This document shows, one piece after another, positions 1 to 12,297 of a DNA stretch of 64,000 bases (the first letter of the stretch is position 1; every line of letters starts with the position of its first letter). The stretch comes from Octopus vulgaris (Eukaryota), in assembly GCA_951406725.2 (NCBI GenBank), contig OX597814.1, positions 178,188,001 to 178,252,000 of the forward strand, given 5' to 3'. The notes under the pieces were generated by a model. That model was not told the DNA's origin, did no database searches, and saw only the letters and a list, made by a program, of their open reading frames with translations. The position numbers were made by a program, and so were the translations under genes.

Positions 1-81
1 GCGTCACCCGGTCCAGGAATTGAAACCACAATCTTACGATCATGATGCTTACACCCTAACCACTAAACCACGCGCCTCCAC
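1..81 (-). mobile_element. tRNA-derived SINE head (cut by window edge)
   Basis: Reverse complement reads gtggaggcgcgtggtttagtggttaggg...ggtttcaattcctggacc, with Pol III A and B boxes; resembles the heads at 60619 and 62660-62740. Confidence 0.75.
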
Positions 82-665
82 TTAATTACTTTGAAGCGTT
101 TTCAAAACAAAGGATGGATACATTAGACAATGCAGTCGCACACACTTGTGTAAGAATTGTTAGCTGGAATGCTTTTGGTCATTCAGCGTCTTTTCTATTA
201 TTGTTGACCTGCGCCTAGGTAACAACAGTGAAACGTTCTTCCAGAACTCTCGAAACAATAAGAGATAATGGATAATGTAGTCCTACTTATGCTATACCTT
301 AAAAACATGGGATTGTCATGATTCGAATGCTACTGATCGAACGACAACTCAATTAGGTTTCACTTAAGGCTAAACAAAACCACCACCGACAACAACAATA
401 GCAGCAGCAGCAACAACATCAGCAGCAATCCAATCAAATAACACATTACTATCTAGAAAAAGGAGACAGTGAATAACGTACTCATACATTCGTAGTAGTT
501 GAAACAAACGGGACTGTCATAGCTGGAATGCCGTTTAGCAAGCACATGCTACGGATTGACAGAAACTAAACAACATTTGCTCTTAGTTGTTGTCGTTAAT
601 AGGCTTCGTAATCAAAAGCATTCGAGAATCCACTCGTGACAACGTAGTCTTTATCTCGTAGTATA

Positions 666-1025
666 CTCTTTTACTTGTTTCAGTCATTTGACAGTAACCA
701 TCATGGAGCACCGCCTTTAATCGAGCAAATCGACTCCATGACTTATTCTTTGTAAGCCTAGTTTTTATTCTAACGGTTTCTTTTGCCGAACCGCTAAGTT
801 ACAAGGATGTAAAAACACCAGCATCGGTTGTCACGCGATGTTGTATACACATATATACGACGGGCTTCTTTCAGTTTCCATCTACCGTCTACCAAATACG
901 CAAACAAGGCTTTGGTCGGCCAGAGGCTATAGTAGAAGACACTACTAGCCCAAGGTTCCACGCAGTGGGACTGAACCTTGAACGATGTGGTTCGTAAGCA
1001 AGCTACTTCACACACAGCTACTCCT
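666..1025 (-). mobile_element. tRNA-derived CORE-type SINE
   Basis: Reverse-complement match to the copy at 7447-7852 (tRNA-like head, ttgggc...gtgtcttctactatagcc core, gaaacaagtaaaagag tail). Confidence 0.85.
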
Positions 1026-1775
1026 ACGCAACTATTTGGCAACTAAATAGTAACTAATTCATTATTTTGATATGTGTGACGTGTGAAAAGTCTTACTGAT
1101 ATATCTCGTAGAGAAACGACAACAACGAGAGTGGTTACTCTGATGGAAATTTCAGCCATGACATTCTTGTATTTATTGGGCCTTTTCCCCAGAGATTAGA
1201 AAATAATTTGAGCGCTATATATATAGTCAAGCCATCACGTAGAAGCTAAGACTTCGACTCATTATTGCAGGTATTACGTTGTGGTGTTTTAGCCCTAGAT
1301 CAATCCCCACTCCTCAGACATATGTGTTCTAACCGGTTGTCCGTACGACTAGGTAAACTTCAGAGATCCGTTGTTTCAGATAAGCCACAGAACCACCAGG
1401 TAACGGGAATACCCACACTGCAAAGTAAAACTTTCAGTTTACCGTATACGTTGCAGAAGAACTCTCTAGATGTTTCTATTTTGCAGCTAGGCAGTCTTAG
1501 CCAGTATGTTAGTAGTTCTTCTTATGGCAGAATCTTAATGATAACACACTACAGCGATATCAGATCCACTCTATCTATTTTTCAGGATTACATTGGTTAT
1601 TGTGTCATTTAAGGTTTAAAGACGTACTAGTTACTTCAATACCAACTGTTTTTGTAGCTTTTGTTTTTGAGGCTGTTGTTAAGCAACAAGACGGGTAAGG
1701 GTGATTAGGTGATGGTCTAGGGCTTAGGGGCGGGAGACTCCAGACCTTGGAAAAAAAAACTTTGGTTGTCCCGTT

Positions 1776-2183
1776 TTAGTCGAGGGCTTTTCGTCGACGC
1801 CCGACACCACTGGGAGGTGGCCCTCGAAGTCGCTGGAAATGGAGATCTCCAAGTCCAAATTCTTGGACTGCTATTGCTGTGGCTGTCACTAGAGATAAAG
1901 TTTGACTATGAAAGATGAGGTAAAATAACCAGTTTTTTAAACTACAATTATCATCAGTGATGTGCAACGCAATACAACAATGCCGCATTTGAGAATGACT
2001 ATTATCTCGATTGTATAAAGGGGATTGTTTGCTCAGGATGTTGTTGCTGTTGTTACAATCTTCATGTGATGGTTTGGAAGTTGAGATTGCTCTAGTGTTT
2101 GGATTGATTCTATACAGAGTGCTAAGTATGCTAGAGCTTGTGAAAGCTGACCTTGTGAGAGCTGTAACAACTTGTGTTGTCAT
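1776..2183 (-). CDS. Candidate 135-aa small ORF/uORF with a hydrophobic segment and C-terminal RGPPP; product unknown
   Basis: ATG-initiated 135-codon ORF in unique, non-repeat sequence. It lies downstream of a plausible acceptor (tattttttcaaaag|G, exon start 2246) and an in-frame 14-aa uORF (2237-2193). No family recognised. Confidence 0.4.
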   Translation of the reverse strand: MTTQVVTALTRSAFTSSSILSTLYRINPNTRAISTSKPSHEDCNNSNNILSKQSPLYNRDNSHSQMRHCCIALHITDDNCSLKNWLFYLIFHSQTLSLVTATAIAVQEFGLGDLHFQRLRGPPPSGVGRRRKALD

Positions 2184-2562
2184 TCTAATAATTTATACCC
2201 TTAGCATACATCTGGGAGTTTTTGCTTTGGTTCTCATGATTGTCTCCTTTTGAAAAAATAATTAAATTAAATGAGACATTTTGTCTCCATTACAGCTATA
2301 ATTTTAATAGTTATACGATTTCTTTAGCGCTCTACAAACATATAAAACATCATTATAAAGCTTATAAATTTTTAGTGCTGTTGTTTCTACAAACACCAGT
2401 CGTTGAATTGGGAATTTAAATACAGAGTTTTTACTATGTGTTCAGAAAGAAATGGAAACTAACAATGAATTTAGTGAATATTCATGGAGGTACATGCATA
2501 AAAACACACATACGTGTGTTAGAATATATGCATATATATGTGTGTTAGAATATATGCATATA

Positions 2563-2593
<31 letters not shown>

Positions 2594-2688
2594 TAAATGA
2601 GTGAGAGAATATATAAATTGAGGTGCAGAGAAAGCTAGAAAAACACGTTTTATTCAAAAGTTTAATACTCAAACTAAATTATACAATA

Positions 2689-3203
2689 CCGTAAATCCTC
2701 GAGTGTAGTCCGCCCTTGAGTATAATACGCAGGGGATTTTGGGGAGGCTGTAGTTCTAAAAAACCTAAACCTTGTGTATAATACGCACTCCTTCTCTAAC
2801 TTGCGTAATTAAACCAGCAGCACCTAGTCGAACAAACACTTCTACGCATGCGTGATACAATAATAGTGATGTTCTTAATTGCTATATGGGAATACAAATA
2901 TGTTTGCAAGTCGTTTTTGTTACATGTTATTCTGTGTTTTGAATACTTTTATTTAAATAAATGTTGCTTACTGCAAGTTATGGACGATTCTTTTATGACT
3001 TCATTGCTTTCAGACTTAGCTTAAGGTATTTTCGCACCCGACATCACAAAATGCGTCTAAATAAACATTGCCGGACAGCAAATGGAGACCCGGACATTGC
3101 TTAGAAATTAATTTTCATTTTTAACCTCGTATATAGTACGCACTAGGGATTTTGACTTTTAAATTTTGGGGAAAAAAAGCAGATTATACTCGAGGATTTA
3201 CGG
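2689..3203. mobile_element. Tc1/mariner-superfamily (pogo/Tc2-like) MITE
   Basis: Terminal inverted repeats ccgtaaatcctcgagt...actcgaggatttacgg, flanked by TA on both sides (2687-88, 3204-05); no transposase ORF. Confidence 0.9.
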
Positions 3204-3643
3204 TATAATCTTCACCTGGTGGAATTTTTCGTCGACTAGCACGGGTAGCGACTGAGAGTTACGCTCAAGCATTCAGTACTATAAACTGGAGTACTGTATA
3301 TTATCGTATACAGTATTCTTATTCCGATTTTCTTTAAAACAGACCTCTTCGATTTCAATGGTTCATTATTAAAGCAAATGACACCTATTTTTCTTCACTA
3401 CAAACATCATTTTACTAAACAGTTTGTGTAGTTCAGTTATACCAAGTATGAATCTATAACTCAGTGTTAACAAGCGTTTAAATAAGAAACTTAAAATGTC
3501 GGAGATCTTCAGTACTGAAATGAGGATTTGACACGGAGTCTGAAAAAAACAACTTCTCATAACACGCAACACTTTTCTTAGGCTTAACTTATAAAATTTT
3601 ACTGCGGTTGTTGCCCAAATTCCAAAGAGAGCGAGCGAGCGAG

Positions 3644-3690
<47 letters not shown>

Positions 3691-4029
3691 GTTCTTAGGT
3701 AGTAGTCGGCTTCATTTCTTTAAGAAGAATTCAAAGTTTTAAAACAAAAACCAGAACGGGTATATTCGTGTGTGTGTGTAAAAGTGTGTTATGCACATGA
3801 ATAAATGAAAATTACAATTCGTTTGTGTAGTGAAGCTGACGTGATTGCTCCGTGTTTTTGGTACATTAATGAAGTAATTGATTCCCAGAATTCACAGATC
3901 TATTCTATATCATTTCTTAGATATTCGTGTTTTGTTTCAGTCGCTCCACTTGCTTATGAATACGTTGCTGAGAAATAATTAATTGGATCACTATTTGGCA
4001 GCTGCAGATATTGCGAGAGAAGGAATAAC

Positions 4030-4162
4030 GAAGAGAGTGAGAGAGAGAGAAGGGGGGGGAGCGAGAGAGAGAATAAAAAGAAAAATGAACAGATAAGAGA
4101 AAGAAGTGGAAATTTAGAGGAGGTGAAGAGAAAGAGAGAGAAAGAGACAGAGAGAAAGGGAA

Positions 4163-4193
<31 letters not shown>

Positions 4194-4240
4194 TAGAGGG
4201 ACAGAGAGAGAGAGCGAGAGAGAGAAAGAGAGAGAGACTG
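4030..4240. repeat. GA-rich microsatellite tract
   Basis: (GA)n with GACA/GAAA interruptions; a similar tract lies at 3627-3686. Confidence 0.95.
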
Positions 4241-4309
4241 CAACTAGATTTGAGAATGCGGACATTAGAACAGGAGATGTGTCTTTGGTTCATTTATATA
4301 CAAGATTTA

Positions 4310-4905
4310 TTTATATATATTGCACACACACGTGTGTTTATGTATTTATATATATATATATATATATTTATGCATATATACATACATATTTATACATACA
4401 TACATACATATATATACACATATATGTATATATACATACATACATACATATATACATATATATACATATATATACACATATATACATATATATATATATA
4501 CACATATATGTATATATACACATATATGTATATATACACATATATATATATACACATATATATATATACACATATATATATATACACACATATATATATA
4601 CACATATATATATATATACACATATATATATATACACATATATATATATACACATATATATATATATACACACATATATATATACACATATATATATATA
4701 TACACACATATATATATACACATATATATATATATACACATATATATACACATATATATATATATACATATATATATATACACATATATATATATACATA
4801 CATATATATATATACATATATATACACATATATATATATACACATATATATATATACACATATATATATATAAACATATATATATACATATATATATATA
4901 TACAC

Positions 4906-4968
<63 letters not shown>

Positions 4969-5091
4969 CACATATATATATATATATACATATATATATA
5001 CATATATATATATATACACATATATATATATATACACATATATATATATATACACACATATATATATATATATATACACACATATATATAT
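4310..5091. repeat. Compound (TA)n/CA(CA) microsatellite, about 780 bp
   Basis: Repeated CACA(TA)n units; explains the six overlapping Tyr/Ile/His 'ORFs'. Confidence 0.97.
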
Positions 5092-5442
5092 CTTTAGTGT
5101 ATTCTATTCAACAGGTGACAGCATAAATATAGGCAAAAACTCAGTATGTCTGCTGCGTGAATATATGTATATTTAGTGGGAAAAAAGTCAACGCATAAGG
5201 GTGGCTCTCAGTTTCATTGCCGTTACAGAATAAATGGCGATGCATCCACTGTTCTGCAACATTGAAATATGAGATCTAACACGTAAGCAATAAATTTCCA
5301 ATAAATATGGTACAGGTCTGATGAATCAATGTTGCAGAACACCGGTTATATTAACACTTATTCGGCTACTGCAAAGAAAATGACAATCATCCTTATTTCT
5401 TAGAACTTTGTGCTGTAACACACAAATTTTGCACATAATATA

Positions 5443-5672
5443 CCTATTTCTTTATTACCCACAATGGGCTAAACACAGAGGGAACAAACAAGGACAGACA
5501 TAGGTATTAAGTCGATTACATCGACCCCAGTTCGTAACTGGTACTTAATTTATCGACCCCGAAAGGATGAAAGGCAAAGTCAACCTCGGCGGAATTTGAA
5601 CTCACAACGTAATGCAGACGAAATACCACTAAGCATTTCGCCCGGCGTGCTAACGCTTCTGCCAGTTCACCT
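5443..5672 (-). mobile_element. tRNA-derived SINE, Nin-domain-like family (monomer)
   Basis: Reverse complement has B box gagttcaaattcc, body gcctttcatcctttcggggtcgataaattaagtaccag and tail aaagaaatag. Confidence 0.9.
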
Positions 5673-5677
5673 ACCTA

Positions 5678-5899
5678 CGAAGAGGTGCTGAAAAGGTTCT
5701 GGCTTTAAGAGTCTCGTAAGATGCCTGGTTGGGGGCTGAAAATTTCCGAGTCTCTAAAAGGCTTAGAAAAACTGAAGGGTAGTTGCAATAAGTGTGTGAA
5801 TCAGAGAGGGGAATATGTTTAATACAATCATAGTTACCTGATCCTTCTGTATGTCTTTTTTTTTTAACCCTAAGTCGAGAACTTTTCAGCACCCAATGG
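5678..5899. mobile_element. Mariner-derived MITE
   Basis: TIRs ta-cgaagaggtgctgaaaaggttctggcttta / cctaagtcgagaacttttcagcacc...ta. The interior resembles a mariner transposase C-terminus (KCVN.RGEYV). An inverted sister copy is at 62113-62320. Confidence 0.8.
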
Positions 5900-5936
5900 T
5901 ACATAAATACAATGGTACATAAATACAAATAAAATA

Positions 5937-6170
5937 AAGGCGGCGAGGTGGCAGAACCGTTAGCACCCCGGGCGAAATGCGTAGCCGTATTTCGTCTGCC
6001 GTTACGTTCTGAGTTCAAATTCCGCCAAGGTCGACTTTGCCTTTCATCCTTTCGGGATCGATAAATAAAGTACCAGTTACGCCCTGGGGTCGATGTAATC
6101 GACTTAATCTATTTGTCTGTCCTTGTTTGTCTCCTCTGTGTTTAGCTCCTTGTGGGTAGTAAAGAAATAG
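5937..6170 (+). mobile_element. Nin-like SINE monomer with target-site duplication
   Basis: Full head aaggcggcgag...; 18-bp TSD ggtacataaatacaaata at about 5914 and 6170. Confidence 0.92.
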
Positions 6171-7446
6171 GTACATAAATACAAATATATGCACTCCTAC
6201 GCACGCATGCACGCTTGCACGCACACACACACAACCACAGATATACTTTTATATGTTTCAGTAATTAGAAAATGGTCGTTTTGTGGCGAAACTTGGATAG
6301 ATTAAGACGACCAGATAGCCACGCCATGACCCCCACCTATACTCATTTTCTTAGATCAGGTTCGCATTCTATCGTTCTTTTAGCTGAACTGCTAAGTTAC
6401 GGGGACGCAAAAAAGTTGACAGCGATTATGAAGTGATGGGAAGACAAACACACACTGAAAAATAAACACGCGCACACAATGGTACATATATACACATATA
6501 TAATTTCTTTTTGGAGGTGTATTCAGCTGAATAAAATTACTGCTGTTGTTTGTCAACAACAGCTATCGGCGGTATATATTTCATTTGTCACCGTTACTTA
6601 TGACATCGTTCGTGCGTTTGTACTGGTTTTAGCTTTAAGGTTTTAGGGTTAGGGTTTTAGGATTAGGGTTAATGTTTTAGTGTTGGGGTTTTAGGGTTAG
6701 AGCTTCGGAAAAAATGAAAAATGAAGAAATTGGAGGGATAGCGAGGTGCGAAAAATTCTTTCCGAAAATAGTAGCAGAAAGACAAGAAAAAAAAATAAAA
6801 GCAGTAGATATACACGAACGATTATGGTGGTGCCATGAAGTAAACATGCTTCAGATACACTCGTTTATTCATACAAACGTAACTGAGATGAAATATGTCA
6901 TCAATAACAGTGACAAACGAAGTATAAACCGTCGGAAGTTGTTGTTGACAAACAGCAGCAGTAATTTTATTCAGTTGAATACACGTCATTTATTGGTTGA
7001 AATAACCGAAATACAACAACTTTAGCACGAAATAACTTTGAACATATAAGCTTTTCTCAACAACACTAAAAGTAAAATATGTTTTATATGACACATTCTA
7101 CCACCGCCCGAAGTTTGAAAGTGTTTAGTTATAAAAAATTGATTTCTCAATCTGATCCAACTTTTACTTTTGCAACACCTCTTGCAGTCAACAATTTTGG
7201 TTATAAATTATTAAAGCTTTGTGTTGTAATCTTTGATTTCATTCCTACCGATATTCTCAAGAGTTTTTCAGTAATTTATCGCAGATTTACAGAGACCGGA
7301 ATGAAATCTAAGATATCCAACTGTTTTATTTGCAATCCACAAAATTTTACAGTTTTCGTATAAGTTGCCTAACTTATATCTAGTAGTTTTAAAGCTGAGC
7401 TCAATTAACCTCAATGTACTGGAATGAACTGATACAATATCGTCAA

Positions 7447-7852
7447 CAGGAGTGGCTGTGTGGTAAGTAGCTTGTCTACCAACCACATGGTTCCGGGTTC
7501 AGTCCCACTGCGTGGCACCTTGGGCAAGTGTCTTCTACTAGAGCCTCGGGCCGACCAGAGCCTTGTGAGTGGATTTGGTAGACGGAAACTGAAAGAGGCC
7601 CGTCGTATATATGTATATATATATGTATGTGTGTATATGTTTTTGTGTCTGTGTTTGTACCCCAACATCGCTTGGCAACCGATGCTGGTGTGTTTATGTC
7701 CCCGTTACTTAGCGGTTCGGCAAAAGAGACCGATAGAATAAGTACTGGGCTTACAAAAGAATAAGTCCCGGGGTCGAGTTGCTCGATTAAAGGCGATGCT
7801 CCAGCATGGCCGCAGTCAAATGACTGAAACAAGTAAAAGAGTAAAAGAGTAA
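7447..7852 (+). mobile_element. Full-length tRNA-derived CORE-type SINE
   Basis: Head aggagtggctgtgtggtaagtagc...ggttcagtccc, CORE-like caccttgggcaagtgtcttctac, internal (TA/TG) tract and (gtaaaaga)n tail. Confidence 0.9.
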
Positions 7853-7859
7853 ATGAATA

Positions 7860-8850
7860 GCCTTCGTGATAACTTTTCAAAACACAGCCTCAATGTTGTT
7901 TCATTCCATGAATGCTAGTCGAATGACAATACGTAGATGGAAACGATTAAGTTCAACAATGTATAACATTTAACACGCCAACCAAATTTAAGAGTTGGGT
8001 AATAAAATACAAATCATTGTATCACATATTGAAGGATCCATTATATAATACTTTATATGCTTTATACAATAACTTTCCCGCAGAAATTTTACTTCAACCC
8101 CTCTCTTTGAAAATCATCAGCATGCTGGAATTCATCGTAACATATTATCGAATATAATCAGCATGATAGCAAGAAATTTTAAGAGAAATTAAAAATCCAT
8201 TATCTCAAATGATCCACGAATTACTGAAAAATAAGCCACTTTTGATAGATTAAGCTAGACTGAAAGAAAATTCTCTTCTTTTAGTACAACTACTATCGAC
8301 TCCGGTGTTGTTTAGTATTTACTTCACCTGTGCCCAAATTGGGAATATTATATTTAATAGAAAGCGGGTTTTACTCCTATTTTTACTGAATTCGATCTGA
8401 CATAGCAATGGTCATCTAGAGATTAATATTTTAAGCGAAGTGTTCTTTTGTAATAACTATCAAGAAATGCGTTAGGCAAACGTTGGGAATAGCAAAGCTA
8501 ACTTTAACATCAAGTAGTTCATGCATGCACAGTTATATCTAGGTTGCGTTTAAAGATAATTTCCCATTTTAATTCCTCTCAAGGAAGTAAGCCTATCGAG
8601 ATACATCCTTAAGAGGAAGCCTAAACCATAACTAACTTGAACTGTGTATAAACTTTTCGATTAACATCAAGAAATGTGTGCACAGATTTAAAATAAGTTG
8701 TGTTATTCCCCTATCGGGAAGGGGAGACCGAATTTCTAGAAAATCAAATTTGCCCAGCGAAGCTGTATAATCAACACGTGTAAAGTTTAAAATATTATAA
8801 ATATCTCTGTCAAAGGAGTGAAGCACAAAATTGTCTCAGAAATCTTAACA
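7860..8850 (-). mobile_element. Highly decayed Penelope-like RT/GIY-YIG remnant
   Basis: Fragmentary translations resembling PLE motifs (HSFD..IY.., LILNLCTHFL..EK.Y.Q, ETTLRL) with many stops; judged by eye only. Confidence 0.3.
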
Positions 8851-9342
8851 TGCACTATTAACTAGATTTTCTTGATATAACTTCAGTATAGCGATCTAAC
8901 GGTTTACTATATGCGTTCAAGTCTCAGCGATGTCAAATTTGCCTGTCATTCTTCCCTGATTGATAAAAATAAAATACTAGTCAAGTACTGAGTTTGATGG
9001 TATAAAGTGATGCTCTTGCGTCCAATTTGGTAAGCGTCAGCATATATGCGAAACTATTAACTATATTTACTACATATTTCTTCAGTATCAAAACCAGGTT
9101 CACTATACACCGATTTCAAATCCCATCGAAGTCAGGTTTCATTAAATGAAAATACTAGTTATAATCTATTTAGTCAACGATACAATAGCACCACAATTTC
9201 TGGACCTGTGCCTACGTTAGAAAGCATCACAGAGTTCGGTGAATTGCAGATTTTGCTTCAGTTATTATATGCTTTGATTTTAGATCCCATCGATGGCCAA
9301 CCCTGGCTTCAATCTTTCTGAAGATGATAAAACTAAGTAAAA

Positions 9343-9762
9343 AAGGCAGCGACCTTGGCAGAAACGTTAGCACGCCGGGCGAAATGCTTAGCAGTATTTC
9401 GTCTGCCGCTACGTTCGGAGTTCAAATTCCGCCGAGGTCGACTTTGTCTTTCATCCTTTCGGGGTCGATTATTTAAGTACTAATTACCCACTAGGGTCGA
9501 TATAATCGACTTAATCCGTTTGGCTGTCCTTGTTTGTCCTCTCTGTGTTTAGCCCCCTTGTGGGTAGTAATTAAATAGGTATTTCGTCTGCCGTTACGTT
9601 CTGAGCTCAAATTCCGCCGAGGTCGACTTTGCCTTTCATCCTTTCGGGGTCGATAAATTAAGTACAAGCTACGCACTGGGGTTGATATAATCGACTTAAT
9701 CCGTTTGTCTGTCCTTGTTTGTCCTCTCTGTGTTTAGCCCCTTGTAGGTAGTAAAGAAATAG
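9343..9762 (+). mobile_element. Nin-like SINE tandem dimer
   Basis: Head plus unit, then a head-less unit joined at aaatag|gtatttcgtc (about 9579); TSD gataaaa(c/t)taagtaa. Confidence 0.92.
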
Positions 9763-10100
9763 ATAAAATTAAGTAAGAATCAAGTATCGTGATCAATAGT
9801 ATGGGTTAACACCTCTCTCGTCAAAGCAATTATTTTCTGTGTAGGAGGTACACGGATTATTAGAATCGGTTTATCATTAAAGGATATACACTGTTGTGTC
9901 TTATTATCAGTTCAGGTTCTACTTAGGTCGATGTTGTGTTTCAGCCATTCTGACATCCATAAAACTGAATTGCTGTCATATGATGAGATTATGTAATTGC
10001 TTGTTTCTTCTACTAAAATAAATGTCCTTCTGTTTATATCAGACTGATATGAGTACATTGATATATACAAGTATATGTGTACGTGTGTATATATATATAT

Positions 10101-10332
10101 ATTTCTTTACTACCCACAATAGGCTAAACACAGAGGGGAAAAACAAGGAGAGACAAACGGATTAAGTCGATTATATCGACCCCAGTGCGTAACTGGTACT
10201 TAATTTATCGACCCTGAAATGATGAAAGGCAAAGTCGACCTCGGCGGAATTTGAACTCAGAACGTAACGGCAGACGAAATACGGCTACACCTTTCGCCCG
10301 GCGTGCTAACATTTCTGCCAGCTCGCCGCCTT
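10101..10332 (-). mobile_element. Nin-like SINE monomer
   Basis: Near-identical to the other young copies; the tail abuts (TA)n. Confidence 0.92.
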
Positions 10333-10359
10333 AGAATAAATAAATAAATGAATGAATGA

Positions 10360-10407
<48 letters not shown>

Positions 10408-10410
<3 letters not shown>

Positions 10411-11628
10411 TACAAACACACAGACTCACACTCATACCTCAACTTCTCTTCCTCCCACCCAGAACACACCAAGCTTTCCATCCCCTATTCCCAATTCCTC
10501 CGTCTACGTAGGCTCTGTAGTGACGACCATGACTTTGAGACTCAGTCTCAACGTATGGCTCACCACTTCACCTTACGTGGATACCCCCTCACCACTATCC
10601 ACACCGCCCTTGCCAGAGCACGGTCCGTGGACCGTGTATCTACTTTCTCTCCCCGAACCCGCCCTGTAGTCTCCCGCCTCCCTTTTCCCCTCACTTACCA
10701 CCCCACGACCCTACGTCTCCAACGCACCATTCTTCGAGCTTTCCGTCATCTCCAGTCCGACCCGTCCACTTCACACCTCTTCCCTAACCGACCCCTCCCC
10801 TCTTTCAAACGAGCCCACAACCTTCGAGACCTTTTGGTCCATAGCTCCTTCCCTGACCCTACCTCCCAACCCGGCTCGTTCCCCTGCTCCCGCCCACGTT
10901 GCCGCACTTGCCCTTACCTCTCCAACACCACTCGCCTCACTAGCACCCACCATCGACCCTATCCCATCATCCACTCCTTCACCTGCACCTCCAGCAATAT
11001 TATCTATTGCATCTCTTGCTCTCTCTGCAATTCCTTGTACATCGGACAAACGGGACGCCGCTTGGCTGACCGGTTCGCGGAACACCTTCGTGACATCCAC
11101 CTTGCGAACGACACACCGGTCTCACGCCATTTCCGCTCCACCGGTCACTCCTTGCAACACATATCTGTGTTCGGTTTGTCCTTACACAGAGGCCATCCGG
11201 ATTCCCGTTTGCGCCGTGAACAGGAATTAATCTTCTCTCTTCGCTCTTATACGCCATTTGGTCTCAACTCTCCCCCCTCCTCATCTAACCCCCTCTCCCC
11301 CCTCCTCACCTATCCTTTCCCCCCGACCCCTACTTCTTCAGTCCTTCATCCTTTCACCCCTACTCCCCTTCCCTTCTTCCCTCTTTCTCCCTCCCTCTTC
11401 CCCTTCCCTCTGCTCCCTCACTCCCTCTCTCCCCTTCTCTCTCCCCCTCTCCCTCCCCCTCTCCCTCTTTCCTCCTTCATCCCCCTCATCCCCCCTCCTC
11501 TCATATTCCCCCTCTCCTCCCCCTCTTCTTCCCCTCCCCTTCTTCCCCCCCTCTTCTCCCCTCCCTCCCTTCTCCTCACTACACCACATGACTTTACACA
11601 TCACATCACATATGATGTGCCATACTAA
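10408..11628 (+). CDS. PLE ORF fragment: RT C-terminal/thumb plus GIY-YIG endonuclease (no native start; reads through into a pyrimidine tract)
   Basis: Uninterrupted frame with the motifs above. Similarity ends near GLN (about 11270); the Pro/Leu/Ser tail is low complexity. Confidence 0.85.
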
Positions 11629-12128
11629 TACACACACCAACTAATACATACTAATACGTACTAATACATACTAGTACATACTAATACATACACCAACCCT
11701 ATACATACACACGTCCAGACCCCGCATACGCACTTATACTCTCTCATACACACACACACACACACTTATACATACCAATACGTACTAATACATACTAATA
11801 CATACTAATACATACACCAACCCCATACATACGCACGTCCAGACCAATCCTACGCACTAATACTCTCTCATATACACACACACACACACACCCTTATACA
11901 TACTAATACATACACCAACCCTATACATACACACATCCAGACCCCTCCTACGCACTATTAGCTGGTCCCTCAACCCTTTTATCAACCCTATTATCTCCCC
12001 TTATTTCGCTCTCGCGTCTCATGTTTGATCTTTGACCTCTGGCCGAAATCAGATCGCCATGTTGATTCGTTAGCTACTGCACGCATTTTTTTTCTCTCCT
12101 TCTTTCTGTGTTTTTCTCTCTCTGTGTA

Positions 12129-12166
12129 TCTTTCTGTTGAAGAGCGTAGGCTCGAAACGTTAAAGA
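12129..12166 (+). ncRNA. Minimal type I hammerhead ribozyme motif (variant core CUGUUGA)
   Basis: Stem I ucuuu/aaaga; core ctgttga+a; stem II gagc-gtag-gctc; GAA; palindromic stem III ACGU; predicted cut after GUU (12161). It sits in the PLE terminal region, where such motifs are established. Confidence 0.75.
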
Positions 12167-12264
12167 CTTGTTTTATTTATATTTCCTGAGCGCCATACTA
12201 ATACATTTGTTCGTTTGTTTTCCACCTGCCTTCGTCTTTTGTTTATTTTCATAAAGCTTCCCGT

Positions 12265-12297
<33 letters not shown>

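Larger units (their letters stand above)
10408..12266 (+). mobile_element. 5'-truncated Penelope-like retroelement (Neptune-type architecture) inserted in (TA)n
   Basis: The frame opens right after (TA)n: HYKHTDSHSYLNFSSSHP...IPYSQFLRLRRLCS (PLE RT thumb), CSRPRCRTC linker, NIIYCISCSLCNSLYIGQTGRRLADRFAEH...PFGLN (GIY-YIG). The 3' region has a C/T tract, minisatellites and a hammerhead motif, and ends at a TA repeat. Confidence 0.95.

Noticed and set aside
2011-2253. Hydrophobic 80-aa plus-strand ORF resembling a membrane protein
   Set aside because: Non-ATG start; antisense shadow of the minus-strand ORF; no plus-strand splice or start context.
4123-5126. Long 200-324 aa ORFs rich in Y/I/H/T, plus similar ones at 22629, 43156, 48257 and 61348
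   Set aside because: Translations of (TA)n/(CA)n microsatellites, which lack stops in all frames.
9343-9762. Regularly spaced repeats (ggggtcgat...) resembling a CRISPR array
   Set aside because: The 'spacers' are identical between units; these are tandem SINE units in eukaryotic DNA, with no cas genes.
11258-11644. Pro/Ser-rich and Gly/Glu/Arg-rich ORFs
   Set aside because: Alternative frames of the PLE pyrimidine tract; low complexity.
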